This document shows, in pieces, positions 18,695 through 28,781 of a stretch of DNA of 55,715 bases; positions within the stretch are counted from its first letter, which is position 1; each line of letters starts with the position of its first letter. Location of the stretch: contig JAQBGU010000049.1 of NCBI GenBank assembly GCA_032128375.1, positions 1-55,715 on the forward strand, in the 5' to 3' direction. The notes below the pieces were generated by a model. That model searched no databases and was not told where the DNA came from. It saw only the letters and a program-made list of their open reading frames with translations. The position numbers and the translations under genes are program-made. Source of the DNA: Deltaproteobacteria bacterium (GTDB taxonomy: Bacteria; Myxococcota_A; UBA9160; SMWR01).

Positions 18695-19717
18695 GTGCTC
18701 AAATCAATCCGAAGACGGCTGCGGAAGGCCAAATTTTTTACCGACCTCACGCGCTATTCGAGCACTCTCGAAGTTCCGCTTCCCACGCACATTCAGGTAG
18801 AACCTACCACGCGCTGCAATGCGCTTTGCGGCAGCTGCTCGCGTTCGAGCTTGGCCAACAATCAGCTCAAGAACGACCTGACACTCGAAACCCTTGAACG
18901 CATTCTCGAGACCTTTCCAGATCTCAAATCAATTCGTTTGTTGGGCCTCGGCGAACCCTTCCTCCATCCGGAATTCGAAGAGATTTTGATGCGTCTCCGA
19001 GAGCGCGATATCAAAATTTGGCTGATCTCCAACGGGAGTCTGCTTGCCAACGATCGCATCAGACGCCTGCTGCACACCTACATCGACGATGTCGGCTTCA
19101 GCATCGACTCCGCCGACCCCGCCGAATTCAGGGCGCTGCGGCCGATGGGGCGTATCGGGCTGTCCGAGATCGTAACGGGCATGCGCCAATTGATCGCCGA
19201 GCGTGACGCTGGAAAATCCAATTTGCTGATCGGTGTCAACGCCGCAATATCCCACCAAAACTGCACCAGCCTTGCTCCCATCGGAAATCTCTGCATCGAT
19301 CTGGGCGTGGATTACCTATCCGTGGCCGCAATCGAGAACTGGTTGATCGAAGGCGATCCCGGCTACCGGGAATCTGCCAATTTTTCGATCGCCTCATCCA
19401 AGCACGCTCCCATCATCGACAAGTACGTTGCGCAAGTACGCCGTCGCCTGCTGATGCGCGGGATCATTTTGGGCTACAAGACACCCAAGCCACGGATTGG
19501 AAAATGCCACTGGCCCTTCAAATCGCTGCATGTCGCCACGGACGGAACCGTGACCCCCTGTTGCATCAGAACCCAGCCCACCACACACGGCATGTTCAAT
19601 CTACTCGAAGACAAACCCTTCGAAGCGTTTTGGAATGGCGAGGACTACCAAAAATTGCGCCGCGCCCACATGGAGGGCGACGCATCCAACAGCATGTGCG
19701 GGAATTGTCCTTACTGA
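18695..19717 (+). CDS. Radical SAM protein with SPASM/twitch domain
   Basis: CNALCGSC, GLGEPFLHP, SNG; CHWPF..DGTVTPCC...CGNC. Confidence 0.95.
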   Translation: MLKSIRRRLRKAKFFTDLTRYSSTLEVPLPTHIQVEPTTRCNALCGSCSRSSLANNQLKNDLTLETLERILETFPDLKSIRLLGLGEPFLHPEFEEILMRLRERDIKIWLISNGSLLANDRIRRLLHTYIDDVGFSIDSADPAEFRALRPMGRIGLSEIVTGMRQLIAERDAGKSNLLIGVNAAISHQNCTSLAPIGNLCIDLGVDYLSVAAIENWLIEGDPGYRESANFSIASSKHAPIIDKYVAQVRRRLLMRGIILGYKTPKPRIGKCHWPFKSLHVATDGTVTPCCIRTQPTTHGMFNLLEDKPFEAFWNGEDYQKLRRAHMEGDASNSMCGNCPY

Positions 19718-20664
19718 TCCGCCTGTTCGGGATCCGACTTCTGCCAGTAACGAATGACGTCTTCAAAGGCGAGTTCCGATCGCTCCGGCTCGAATCCAAA
19801 ACGGTTGCGGATCCGCGAAATATCGGCGATTGAGTTGCGCATTTCGCCCTTCTCGGCCGGTGCATGGATCGCTCTCAGCTCCGGCGCCAGCATCTCGATC
19901 AGTGCTGCGCCGATCTGATTCACCGAAGTTCCGTTGCCGGTGCCAACATTGAAGGTGCTCCCCGACGCGTTTCCGTCGAGCGCGCACAAATTCGCCCGCA
20001 CGATGTCATCCACGTGAACGAAGTCCCGACGCTGTTCGCCGTCACCGAAGATCGTGACTGGCTCACCGGCGAGGAGGCGATTGATGAAAATCGTGATCAC
20101 ACCAACGTAGGGTGTCAGGGTCTGGCCGGGACCGTAGGTGTTGAAATACCGCAGGACCGTGGATTCGATTCCCATTTCGCCACATAGCATGTGCCAATAT
20201 TTTTCGGCGGCGAGCTTTGCGATCCCATAGGGTGAAAGCGGCGCCGTGGGATGGCTTTCCGAAACGGGAGTTGGAGAGGCACTGTCGGCGTACACGGCCA
20301 TGGAAGAGGCAAAAAACGCCTTGCGAACAGCGCTCCCGTTCATGCGCTCCAAGAGGGTCAAAGTCCCGGAGAGGTTGACGTCAGCATCGAGGCGAAAGGA
20401 CACAACGGAGGTACGGACTGAGACAATGGCCGCTTCATGGAAGACGCAATCGACCCCTTCGAGAGCCGTATCGACCGCTTGGGTGTCGCGGACGTCACCT
20501 TCCACAAATCGCACACCCGAGGGAAGACGATCGCGTGTGCCTACGGAGAGATCGTCTAGAACCGTGACACCCATGCCTCTATCGAGGAGCGCACGCGTTA
20601 GATGGGAGCCGATGAAGCCGGCCCCGCCCGTGACCAGGGCGTGGCGGTATTCGGAGTGACTCAT
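19711..20664 (-). CDS. NAD-dependent nucleotide-sugar epimerase/dehydratase
   Basis: TGGAGFIGSH, ASSMAVY, SPYGIAK, LRYFNTYGP, RDFVHV. Confidence 0.95.
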   Translation of the reverse strand: MSHSEYRHALVTGGAGFIGSHLTRALLDRGMGVTVLDDLSVGTRDRLPSGVRFVEGDVRDTQAVDTALEGVDCVFHEAAIVSVRTSVVSFRLDADVNLSGTLTLLERMNGSAVRKAFFASSMAVYADSASPTPVSESHPTAPLSPYGIAKLAAEKYWHMLCGEMGIESTVLRYFNTYGPGQTLTPYVGVITIFINRLLAGEPVTIFGDGEQRRDFVHVDDIVRANLCALDGNASGSTFNVGTGNGTSVNQIGAALIEMLAPELRAIHAPAEKGEMRNSIADISRIRNRFGFEPERSELAFEDVIRYWQKSDPEQADQ

Positions 20665-21605
20665 CGGCAGTCGATGGTGTGGTCAGCGGTGATGATCTTG
20701 CGAACCACATCGGAACTCCCGCGAACCCTGGCACCCGACATCAGTAATGAATCTCTAATATGTACAGGTTTTTCAACTGTCACGTCGTCCATGATAACGC
20801 TGCGTTCAACCGTACAGCCGGAGGGAAGCTCGACACCGGTGCCGACGAGGTGGCGGTCGCCCAGAACACGCAGGTTGATTTCGAGGAGATCCGAGGGATA
20901 ACTCAAGTTGAGATCATCATCGATCACGCGCGCGGCGTGAACCCGGTGTCCGTCGTTGATGAAAATCTGGATGGAATCGGTGATCTCGTATTCGTCGCGC
21001 ATGGCTGATCGCGGCGTACGTCTGGCAGCATCGAAGAAAGAAGGGCGGAAGAGGTAGATGCCGCAGCCTTTCAATCGCGTCGTGGGGTGACGGGGCTTTT
21101 CGATGACGCGGGTCACGCAGCCATCGCCATCTTCCAACACCGCGAAATTGCGCTGGATGGCCTCCAAAGAGGATTCTTCTTTGACGGCGAGGACACCATC
21201 GACATCGGGACGATCGAATAGCTGCAACATCTCGCTCAGCCCGTTGTGAACAAAGAAGATGTCGCCGAGAAAAAGCAGAAATGGCTGCTTGATGCGGTTC
21301 TCCAGGCGGGTGATCGCATGGGCGATGCCCAATGTGTTTTCCTGCTCGACGTATTCGATTTCCACACCGAGCTCGCGACCGCTGCCGATGCACCTCACGA
21401 TCTCGTACCCGAGATGGCCGATCACGATGATGACGCGCTGGATGCCGAGGTCGCGCAGACATTCGATCTGATATTGAATCAGAGGCTTCCCGAGAATCGG
21501 AAGAATCGGCTTGGGAAATCGCTCGCTAAAGGGAACAAGCCGCGTGCCCTTACCCGCGGCCAAGATGACGCCCAACAAATCCCTCCGCTCATGGGTTGCG
21601 CTCAC
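20661..21605 (-). CDS. Sugar-phosphate nucleotidyltransferase (RmlA-long/GraD-like)
   Basis: GVILAAGKGTRL, PKPILP, FLGD, IEKP, EYEITD; C-terminal beta-helix; GTG start overlaps the upstream stop. Confidence 0.92.
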   Translation of the reverse strand: MSATHERRDLLGVILAAGKGTRLVPFSERFPKPILPILGKPLIQYQIECLRDLGIQRVIIVIGHLGYEIVRCIGSGRELGVEIEYVEQENTLGIAHAITRLENRIKQPFLLFLGDIFFVHNGLSEMLQLFDRPDVDGVLAVKEESSLEAIQRNFAVLEDGDGCVTRVIEKPRHPTTRLKGCGIYLFRPSFFDAARRTPRSAMRDEYEITDSIQIFINDGHRVHAARVIDDDLNLSYPSDLLEINLRVLGDRHLVGTGVELPSGCTVERSVIMDDVTVEKPVHIRDSLLMSGARVRGSSDVVRKIITADHTIDCR

Positions 21606-22402
21606 GGACTGTTGAGAACGCCGGTGCGGTAGAGAAAGAGTTTGATCCTGAGGTACAGGAGATATTGAGAAAATCCCCAGATTGCATGCGCCGTCTTGAT
21701 CTTGCTCGCACCCTGTGCGCGCGCACGATGGCTGACTCGCACCTCCGCGACGGGTAGACCCCGCGCGATCACCCGAAGACAGATTTCCGTCGGCGTCGCA
21801 AAGCTCGACGATTCGATTTCCAGTCCGCGCAAGGCGTTCCCCCGGGCCACTTTGAGCGCGCAGTTGGTATCGCGGAGATGAACGCCGAACATGATTCGAA
21901 CCAGGAGATTCAAGCCATGATTCGCCAGGACGCGAATCATAGAGTCCTCCTTCTTGTGGCGGTAACCGGTGACGAAATCGCAATTGCGCTCTCGAGCGAC
22001 GTCCAACAGCCGTTTCGCGTCAGCGAGGTCGAACTGACCATCGCTGTCGATGGTGGCGATGTAGTCACCTCGTGTCGCGTTGATTGCAGTAGAGAGAGCG
22101 CGGCCGTAGCCCCCATTCTTTGGCAATTCCACCACGCGCAACCGCGGACAGGAGCGCATCAAGTCTTCCAGGATGACACGGGTGTGATCTGTGGAACCAT
22201 CGTTGCACAGCACGATCTCGCTCTCGAAATCGAAGGCGTCGAGAATCTTGTTCCATTCATGGATGACGTCGGAGATGCCATCGGCTTCGTTGTAGCAGGG
22301 AGAGGCGATCGACAAGAAAGGTGTACTGGCCGAGTTCTCGTCGCTCACGGAATCCAATCGGTCTTCGGTGGCACCGTGCTCGAATTGCGCGTTGTCGCCC
22401 AT
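21602..22402 (-). CDS. GT2 glycosyltransferase, DPM1-like (polyprenol-phosphate sugar synthase)
   Basis: PCYNE, NDGSTD, NGGYG, IDSDGQ, DTNCALK, RAQGASK. Confidence 0.93.
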   Translation of the reverse strand: MGDNAQFEHGATEDRLDSVSDENSASTPFLSIASPCYNEADGISDVIHEWNKILDAFDFESEIVLCNDGSTDHTRVILEDLMRSCPRLRVVELPKNGGYGRALSTAINATRGDYIATIDSDGQFDLADAKRLLDVARERNCDFVTGYRHKKEDSMIRVLANHGLNLLVRIMFGVHLRDTNCALKVARGNALRGLEIESSSFATPTEICLRVIARGLPVAEVRVSHRARAQGASKIKTAHAIWGFSQYLLYLRIKLFLYRTGVLNSP

Positions 22403-22633
22403 CTGCGGTCTCCGCTCGCTCGGCTGCGTAGTATAGCTTCAATCGGAGTTCTGGTTGGTGCCGTCAAGTTGCGGGAAAACTGCCGGTTCGTGTTCGAGAA
22501 CCGTAGCCGGGCCTCTTCTGGGGGATCTCGTGTTGCGTCCATTGCGAGCCGTTTTCCAGCTCGACTCTCGACGGGTTCTCTGCAAGCCGTGCTAGTGCGG
22601 TGATCCGCTTTGGGCTATTCGTTCCCTCATCTG

Positions 22634-23431
22634 ATGGCTCAAACCAACACACGCGTGCCGCCCGAAGTTTACGACACGGCCTACCTTCTCAGTGACAACA
22701 CCGAGGGCTTTCAGGAGTTTCAGGAAGGGTCGCTGAGCCACGTGAAGCGGATCCAGCTCGACTTGCTGGAACTGGCCCCCGGCCTCCGATTGCTGGAGGT
22801 GGGCTTCGGGCGCGGAGAGTTCCTCAAGTATTGCGCCGAGCGAGGGGCCGAGGTGGCCGCCATCGACTACTCGCCGGACGCCCTCGAAATCGGCCGCAAA
22901 ACGTTGGCCGACTACCCCACCGCCGATCTGCGCGTCGCCGACTGCACGAATCTGCCCTTTGACTCTGACTCCTTCGATCGGGTCTACTCCGGTGACGTGA
23001 TCGAGCATCAAGATCAGGCGGACGGGGTGCAGATGTTGAAGGAAATGCGACGAGTCCTGCGCCCCGGCGGAATGCTGCTCGTTCATACGTCACCCAACAC
23101 AGCCTTCACGCGGGGCGTCCTACCCCTGCTCAAGCCCGTGCTTCGCTGGATCGACCCGGATACGCTGAGCTCGCTCGAGCATCATATGACTGCGAACGCC
23201 GGAACCCACGTTCATGAATACAACCTGCACTCTCTCCGCAAAGCGGCTCGAATGGCGGGACTGGCAGGGGCGGAGTTGTGGATCGGAGACGATCTGCTGC
23301 GGTCCGCAAAACACCGACACACGCGGGGATTCGCCGCTAACCCACTGGTGCGGCTGGCCGCGGCCCTCGGTCGCTTCGGCCCTGTGCGCTTATTCCTCGG
23401 AAACGACCTCTTTATCCGATTCCGCAAGTAA
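22634..23431 (+). CDS. Class I SAM-dependent methyltransferase
   Basis: LLEVGFGRG, IDYS, LPFDSDSFD, VIEH, RVLRPGG. Confidence 0.93.
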   Translation: MAQTNTRVPPEVYDTAYLLSDNTEGFQEFQEGSLSHVKRIQLDLLELAPGLRLLEVGFGRGEFLKYCAERGAEVAAIDYSPDALEIGRKTLADYPTADLRVADCTNLPFDSDSFDRVYSGDVIEHQDQADGVQMLKEMRRVLRPGGMLLVHTSPNTAFTRGVLPLLKPVLRWIDPDTLSSLEHHMTANAGTHVHEYNLHSLRKAARMAGLAGAELWIGDDLLRSAKHRHTRGFAANPLVRLAAALGRFGPVRLFLGNDLFIRFRK

Positions 23432-23830
23432 TCTATTCCTCGAAGTCGACAAATCGACTAGGCGCTAGCCGCAAAGCCCACTCATCGGGGTGCAGCCCAA
23501 CGCTCGGGTCGGGGCAGGCGTAGTGGACTTGCGCTGCCGGGTATCCGAAACCGCCTGCACCGCGGCTTCGCGAATGACCGCCTTTCCACCTCCACTCCGT
23601 CGACGATGTAAGCGCGCGCCCGGACGGCTCCTGCTCGAAGTTCCCGAGCCGCGGTGTACGGGTCGCTCGAATACCCATTCTGCGCCGCCTGCATCTGAAC
23701 TTTTCCTCCACCGCCATCGCGGTAACTCCGCTCGGCTGCATCGAGTCGGCCTCTTCACCGACACCCATCAAGGTAAGCACCTGGAAGACTGCCCACCCCC
23801 CACGGAACCCCAGGCGTGCCGCGCGAGTCT

Positions 23831-25504
23831 CTATGGTGGCGATTGTTCACCGGCAGCCGACTGCGCCTTTTGCATGCGGACGTCGAACATCGACTTCGAT
23901 GCCGAGGGGTCATCGGGCCGCAGGTCGAGGATCGCCTGGTAGTGGGCGATCGCCTCATCGTAACGGCCCGCCTGGGCAAGGAAGCCCGCCGCGGTGGTGT
24001 GTGCAGGATTAAAACTCGGGTCGATGAGCAGTGCCCGCTCCAGGTGCTGCAATCCGCCATTGAGATCATCGGACCATGCGAGGTAATATCCGATGTTGGT
24101 GTGGATGAAGGCACTGTTGGGCGAGTAGCGCAGCGAACGCTTGAGCATCGTGGTGGAGTCGTGCCAGTGCTGTGATTGCACATAGCTCGCCGCGGTCAGC
24201 GAGACCACAGCGAACGCGGCAACACCGCAAGCCAGCGCGCGGGTCACGCGGCGCTGTAGCCACGGTTCCACCATGTGCCATGTCCCCCATGCCACGGCGA
24301 TCGACAAGCCGATCGATGGCACGTAGGTGTAGCGGTCCGCGCGCGCCTGAAGCCCTGCTTGGAGCAGCCCGATCATGGGTAACATCGCGACGACGTACCA
24401 CATCCAACCCATCTGCAGATATTCGGAGCGGCTGCGAAAGACGAAAGTCGTTATTGCGAGAAGGACCAATGCCGAAGCGACCACTTCCAGGACACTCCAC
24501 GGTACCCCGCCCGGGAGATTCGGGTGTGCGTAGAACGGAGACAAGTCTGTCGGCCAGACGAAATTCCCAAGGTAAATCGCATACGAGACTACTGCGTTGC
24601 TCAAGCGCTCGGGCAGCGTGACGTCAACTCCACCAGCCAGCGCGCTTTTCTGAGAGAAGATGGTCACGACGGCCGACGCGCCTGACACCCCAAGCCATGG
24701 GAGTTTTTCGACGCCAAGGGCAAACGCGCCCTTCCAGTCGAAGCTCGCCCCATCCGTCCAGGCCCACCGGCGCAAAGGCCAGTAGTCGAGCAACAGGAAC
24801 AACACCGGCAACGTCACGAGTGTGGGCTTGGTCATCAAACTCAATGCCAACCCAAAGGCAACCAGCGCGTAACGCCCCACGCTCGGCGTCCGCACATAAC
24901 GAAAGTATGCAACCGTGGACAGTAGACCGAACAGGGTGCTCAGCGCGTCCTTGCGTTCGGCAATCCAGACAACCGACTCCACCCGCAGCGGGTGCACGGC
25001 GAACAGCACCGCCGCCAGAAAACTCGGCCACAGTGCACCTGTGGCACGCCGCAGGACCGCGAACAGCAGCACCGCGTCGACTGAATGGATCACGATGCTC
25101 GTCAGATGATGACCGAGGGCTGCTTGGCCGAACATCTCGACGTCGAGCATGTGAGACAACCACGTAATGGGGTGCCAATTGCTGGTGACATCGGTGTTCT
25201 CGAACGCCCAACGCACAGAGTTGGCATTTAGCCCAGACAGCACCATGGGGTTCGCGAATACGTGTTCAGCATCGTCGATGATCACGAAATACGCTTGCAA
25301 TCCGGGCCAGAACGCGGCGAAGACGAGGATTGCCAGTAGGAAAGACAAGACGACCCTGTACAGGAAGTCGCCTCCAGCAGGTCGTGGCGCCCGCCCGGCC
25401 GCTAGCGTTCCATCCTCTTCGCTCTCGTCGATCAACGCAGCGGTCCGCCAATCACGAACGCATTCGTGACGACCGCGACGCTCCCGGTCAGAGTTTCCAT
25501 GCAC
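23831..25504 (-). CDS. TMTC-like (DUF1736) GT-C protein glycosyltransferase with TPR tail
   Basis: DD acidic pair, NWHPITWLSHMLD, HPLRVESVVWIAERKD, ADRYTYVP, 2-3 TPRs; start uncertain. Confidence 0.85.
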   Translation of the reverse strand: MHGNSDRERRGRHECVRDWRTAALIDESEEDGTLAAGRAPRPAGGDFLYRVVLSFLLAILVFAAFWPGLQAYFVIIDDAEHVFANPMVLSGLNANSVRWAFENTDVTSNWHPITWLSHMLDVEMFGQAALGHHLTSIVIHSVDAVLLFAVLRRATGALWPSFLAAVLFAVHPLRVESVVWIAERKDALSTLFGLLSTVAYFRYVRTPSVGRYALVAFGLALSLMTKPTLVTLPVLFLLLDYWPLRRWAWTDGASFDWKGAFALGVEKLPWLGVSGASAVVTIFSQKSALAGGVDVTLPERLSNAVVSYAIYLGNFVWPTDLSPFYAHPNLPGGVPWSVLEVVASALVLLAITTFVFRSRSEYLQMGWMWYVVAMLPMIGLLQAGLQARADRYTYVPSIGLSIAVAWGTWHMVEPWLQRRVTRALACGVAAFAVVSLTAASYVQSQHWHDSTTMLKRSLRYSPNSAFIHTNIGYYLAWSDDLNGGLQHLERALLIDPSFNPAHTTAAGFLAQAGRYDEAIAHYQAILDLRPDDPSASKSMFDVRMQKAQSAAGEQSPP

Positions 25505-25608
25505 TTCTCTCCCGGCAAGAATACATCCATCCTACCGGAGATCTCTGCCGGAAGCGGCCAGGTGGTTCGGCGATAGCATGATCTCCTCGCCGGCGTTTTT
25601 CTTCGCGA

Positions 25609-27234
25609 CTACTGCGCCGGCAAATCCGCTAGCGGTTCCGAACGCGGTGTCATGATCAGATACTTCGCGATCGTCTCGCGCTCTAGGTAATTCAACCCAA
25701 CCCACTGTGTGATTCGCGGTGCCGTAACGCTGATCGAGCGCGAACTCGCGCCGTCGAAGTGGGCAAGTGATACGATGACGACAGCCGGGGGCGATTCTTG
25801 CAACTCTTCGAGGGCTGAAATTTCCTCTTCGGCAGAAGTAAACGTTCCCGGAATCACGATTCCAGAGCGGGACACTCCGCCGCGGTTGGCAAAAAGATGA
25901 AACATCGGCGCAACGCTGAGATCCAAGATCGTGTCGCCGGGCTCGCTCAGCTCTCGTATCGCGGCAACGCATCGACCAATCACACTCGAAAGCGCTTCAC
26001 TGCGAACATACCAGGTCGAGTCGCCCGCCTGCACCGCGTGAGTACCGCGGCGCTCTACGGGTAGAAACAGGTCACTGCCGAACAGAAAGACCCAGCTGGT
26101 TAGCACCGCGCACCCGATCGCGAACCGTGTAGAACTGGCCCGGCAACGCGGCCAGCGCAATCCCAGCCTGTGCGATGTCGCATAGACGAGATGCGCGATG
26201 ACCAGACAGACCGGCGGGATCGCCGACTCCAGATGGCCCGCATCCGAGCGGCCGAGCACCCGCGTGAAGTAGACAGCGCCCCAGGTCACGGTAGCCAGCA
26301 ACAGACCGTGTTCGAAATGCCGCTTCTTGACCAACGCCCGTCCCCACAGCGTAACGAGCGCGAGCCAGTAGCCGAGATACAAGAGCGCGTAGAGTCGAAA
26401 CTGAAGCGTGGTCCACGACCGGCTGATCCGAACACGGTGCCACTCAGACGGTAACTGGAGCAAAGGGATCGGGAGGCTTTGCAGCGCTGTCATCACAGTC
26501 GGCCGCACGATGACCTCGTGCCAGATGACGTCTAGCCCAACCCCACAGGCGAACCATGCGAGAACCGGAGCGACGACCAGCGCGATTCCGGCCGCAAAAC
26601 CCGCGCCATCGCGAAGCCAATCGCGCCAATCGCGGCTGATCGCGAGGATCCCGAGCCCCACCCCGCACCCAACCGCGACTGCGGGCGTTAGTCGAAAGCA
26701 CAGCGCGATACCCGTCAATGCGCCGGAGACGAATATCCAGTAGCGCGCGCCGGTATCGATCCGCTGCGCGAACGCGATGAGTGCCACAGCGCTGAATACG
26801 AGATACCGGTAGCCAAACAGGTAGTGGGATACGTGAGATGACGGCGCTGCCAGCGCCAGCATTGCCGCACCCAACAGCGCAAAGCTTGCTGGCATGCAAC
26901 GGCGCCCGAGCAGGTAGACCGAAAGACACAGAGACACGTTGAAACCCGCGTCGATGATTCTGGCTGCGATGACTCCGGGCGGAGCCATCGCGTAGCCGAT
27001 CCATGCGGGTAACAGGTGGCCGGGCGGGAACGGAAAGAAGACGTCTGTGTACAATAGTCCGCCCTCGTGCAGCCGGCGCGCGCCACGCAGCACCCAGCCT
27101 TCGTCGAGCATCGCCATGCCGTGATAGACGAACAGCGACTCGAAGCTGATACTCAACGTGAGCAGTATCAGCAGGTGCCACCAGAGCGGGTCGCCTGCCA
27201 GCGGCGCGATATCGGGCGGCGGCTTGGCTTGCAC
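25609..27234 (-). CDS. GT-C superfamily (ArnT/PMT-like) membrane glycosyltransferase
   Basis: DEG after TM1, LYTDVFFPFPPG, many TMs, RSDAGHL, C-terminal PPAVVI domain. Confidence 0.7.
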   Translation of the reverse strand: MQAKPPPDIAPLAGDPLWWHLLILLTLSISFESLFVYHGMAMLDEGWVLRGARRLHEGGLLYTDVFFPFPPGHLLPAWIGYAMAPPGVIAARIIDAGFNVSLCLSVYLLGRRCMPASFALLGAAMLALAAPSSHVSHYLFGYRYLVFSAVALIAFAQRIDTGARYWIFVSGALTGIALCFRLTPAVAVGCGVGLGILAISRDWRDWLRDGAGFAAGIALVVAPVLAWFACGVGLDVIWHEVIVRPTVMTALQSLPIPLLQLPSEWHRVRISRSWTTLQFRLYALLYLGYWLALVTLWGRALVKKRHFEHGLLLATVTWGAVYFTRVLGRSDAGHLESAIPPVCLVIAHLVYATSHRLGLRWPRCRASSTRFAIGCAVLTSWVFLFGSDLFLPVERRGTHAVQAGDSTWYVRSEALSSVIGRCVAAIRELSEPGDTILDLSVAPMFHLFANRGGVSRSGIVIPGTFTSAEEEISALEELQESPPAVVIVSLAHFDGASSRSISVTAPRITQWVGLNYLERETIAKYLIMTPRSEPLADLPAQ

Positions 27235-27346
27235 GGCGCATTCTCCTTCGAGTCCTACTTCGTACTTCCGCCAACCGCGGCCGCGCGCTCACCGTTTCGC
27301 GACGAAAGTATCCGCGCCGTTACCCGACCCTGGACGGGCCCGGCTT

Positions 27347-28135
27347 CTAACTCGACAGGTTCTTGCGCGCCTTGGCGACCGCGCGAACGATTCGCTTGCG
27401 ATCGTCTTGCTCGAGCACGTCCAGAATCCTACTTGCGTCGGTGGCGTGCTTGCGTGCGGCCGCGGTCGTGAATGCCATCGCAACGTTCCAGCGGGTATTT
27501 TCGTTGCGCTCTTTGCTTGCCTTGCGCAGCAACGCGAGCGTCTCTTTGGGGAACCTCGAAAGCAGGCCACCACCGAGTGCGAACGGTCCCAGGTTTTTCT
27601 GCAGGTAGGCACCTTCGAGCGGCAATAAGCGCTCGACGATTTCGAGCATGGGCGCCGCTTCCTTGGCGTTGCGCGCTTTGGCTTGCGAACTCAGCGCCAG
27701 CGCGACGGCGCGACATGGCGCCTCGTCTCCCTGGGTCGACCAGGCGTCGCACAGCTGCATGCCGCCAGCGAAATCCCGCGCCAGTACGTCGGCCAGGCCA
27801 CCGGACGCCCACTCGCGTACCTCCCAGTCTGTATCCTCAGCCAACGCGCGCAAGCGCTTCTCCGTTCCCTTGCGGTCGCGCTCCCAGCCGCTGGCGACGA
27901 GTCCGCAGGCGATGGAGCGGGCGATGTTCTCGTCGCGCTTCATCAGTTTTTTCCCCCACGCCAGTTGGCGGGCCGGGCTGGATTGGCGCAGCAAGCCGAT
28001 TACGCCGAGTTTCACCGCCTGTGGCGCGCCCGGCTTTCCGTGGTGAGTGCCGCTCATCAGATATTTCGCCAGCGCATCGATATCGTCGGCTTCGATCCAG
28101 GTTCGTATGCGTTCGGATTCAAACTTCATGCGCAT
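27347..28135 (-). CDS. HEAT-repeat protein, DNA alkylation repair (AlkD-like) family
   Basis: LAEDTDWEVREWA, NENTRWNVAMA, LEQDDRKRIVRAVAKA; start uncertain (28129-28168). Confidence 0.65.
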   Translation of the reverse strand: MRMKFESERIRTWIEADDIDALAKYLMSGTHHGKPGAPQAVKLGVIGLLRQSSPARQLAWGKKLMKRDENIARSIACGLVASGWERDRKGTEKRLRALAEDTDWEVREWASGGLADVLARDFAGGMQLCDAWSTQGDEAPCRAVALALSSQAKARNAKEAAPMLEIVERLLPLEGAYLQKNLGPFALGGGLLSRFPKETLALLRKASKERNENTRWNVAMAFTTAAARKHATDASRILDVLEQDDRKRIVRAVAKARKNLSS

Positions 28136-28224
28136 CAGCATACCTCTGGTACCCTCAGCGAGTGTCATCCCCCCAGTCGACGCATCGAAAGCTGAACAGA
28201 CCGAGAGCTGAGGACGGAAGAAGC

Positions 28225-28701
28225 ATGTCGGACGCATTGCCGAGTGTCGCAGAGTTGGTTGGCCCGATCATCGAAAAAGTAGAGCCCGATCAACAGCCGC
28301 TGCTGATTGCGCTGGCCGAGCGGATCGCGGCACGCCGCTACCGAAGCTGGGCCGACGCCATTGGCGATTCCGCAGACCGCGATCGTTTGCTGGCATGCGC
28401 GGAACGCGAGGAGGAAATCGCGCGACGCGTCGAGGCCCTGTTCGAGGATACGTCCGTGGTGCAGTCGGAGCTTCTGGCTCGCTATGGCGGACTCGAGGCG
28501 GCCTACTGCGAGCTTTTCGAAGGCCGCCCACTCATCGACCAGTTCAGCATGCAGTCTCGTGGCGAGCGTCTGGGCGCCGCGACCTGGCGCGCGTTTGCCG
28601 CGCGCAGCGACGACATCGTGCGAGACACCTACCTCGAATGCGCGAAGCTCGAGGAGGAGAGCGCCGTTGTGCTCGAGGAGCTGGCCTGCGCTTGCAGCTA
28701 G
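28225..28701 (+). CDS. Ferritin-like four-helix bundle protein
   Basis: AERIAARRY...CAEREEEIA and GERLGAATW...CAKLEEESA duplicated helix pairs. Confidence 0.65.
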   Translation: MSDALPSVAELVGPIIEKVEPDQQPLLIALAERIAARRYRSWADAIGDSADRDRLLACAEREEEIARRVEALFEDTSVVQSELLARYGGLEAAYCELFEGRPLIDQFSMQSRGERLGAATWRAFAARSDDIVRDTYLECAKLEEESAVVLEELACACS

Positions 28702-28781
28702 CAGGATAGGAGCTTTGGCTGCGAAGTGGCGAATGCCTGGCTAGGGTTCGGCGCTAACACCAGATCGCGATAGGCGACCCG

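Noticed and set aside
18695..19717. RiPP biosynthetic cluster
   Set aside because: No precursor peptide, RRE domain, peptidase or transporter is seen
27472..28224. Long N-terminal extension of the ferritin-like ORF
   Set aside because: It is antisense to the HEAT gene; the protein-like sequence begins at ATG 28225
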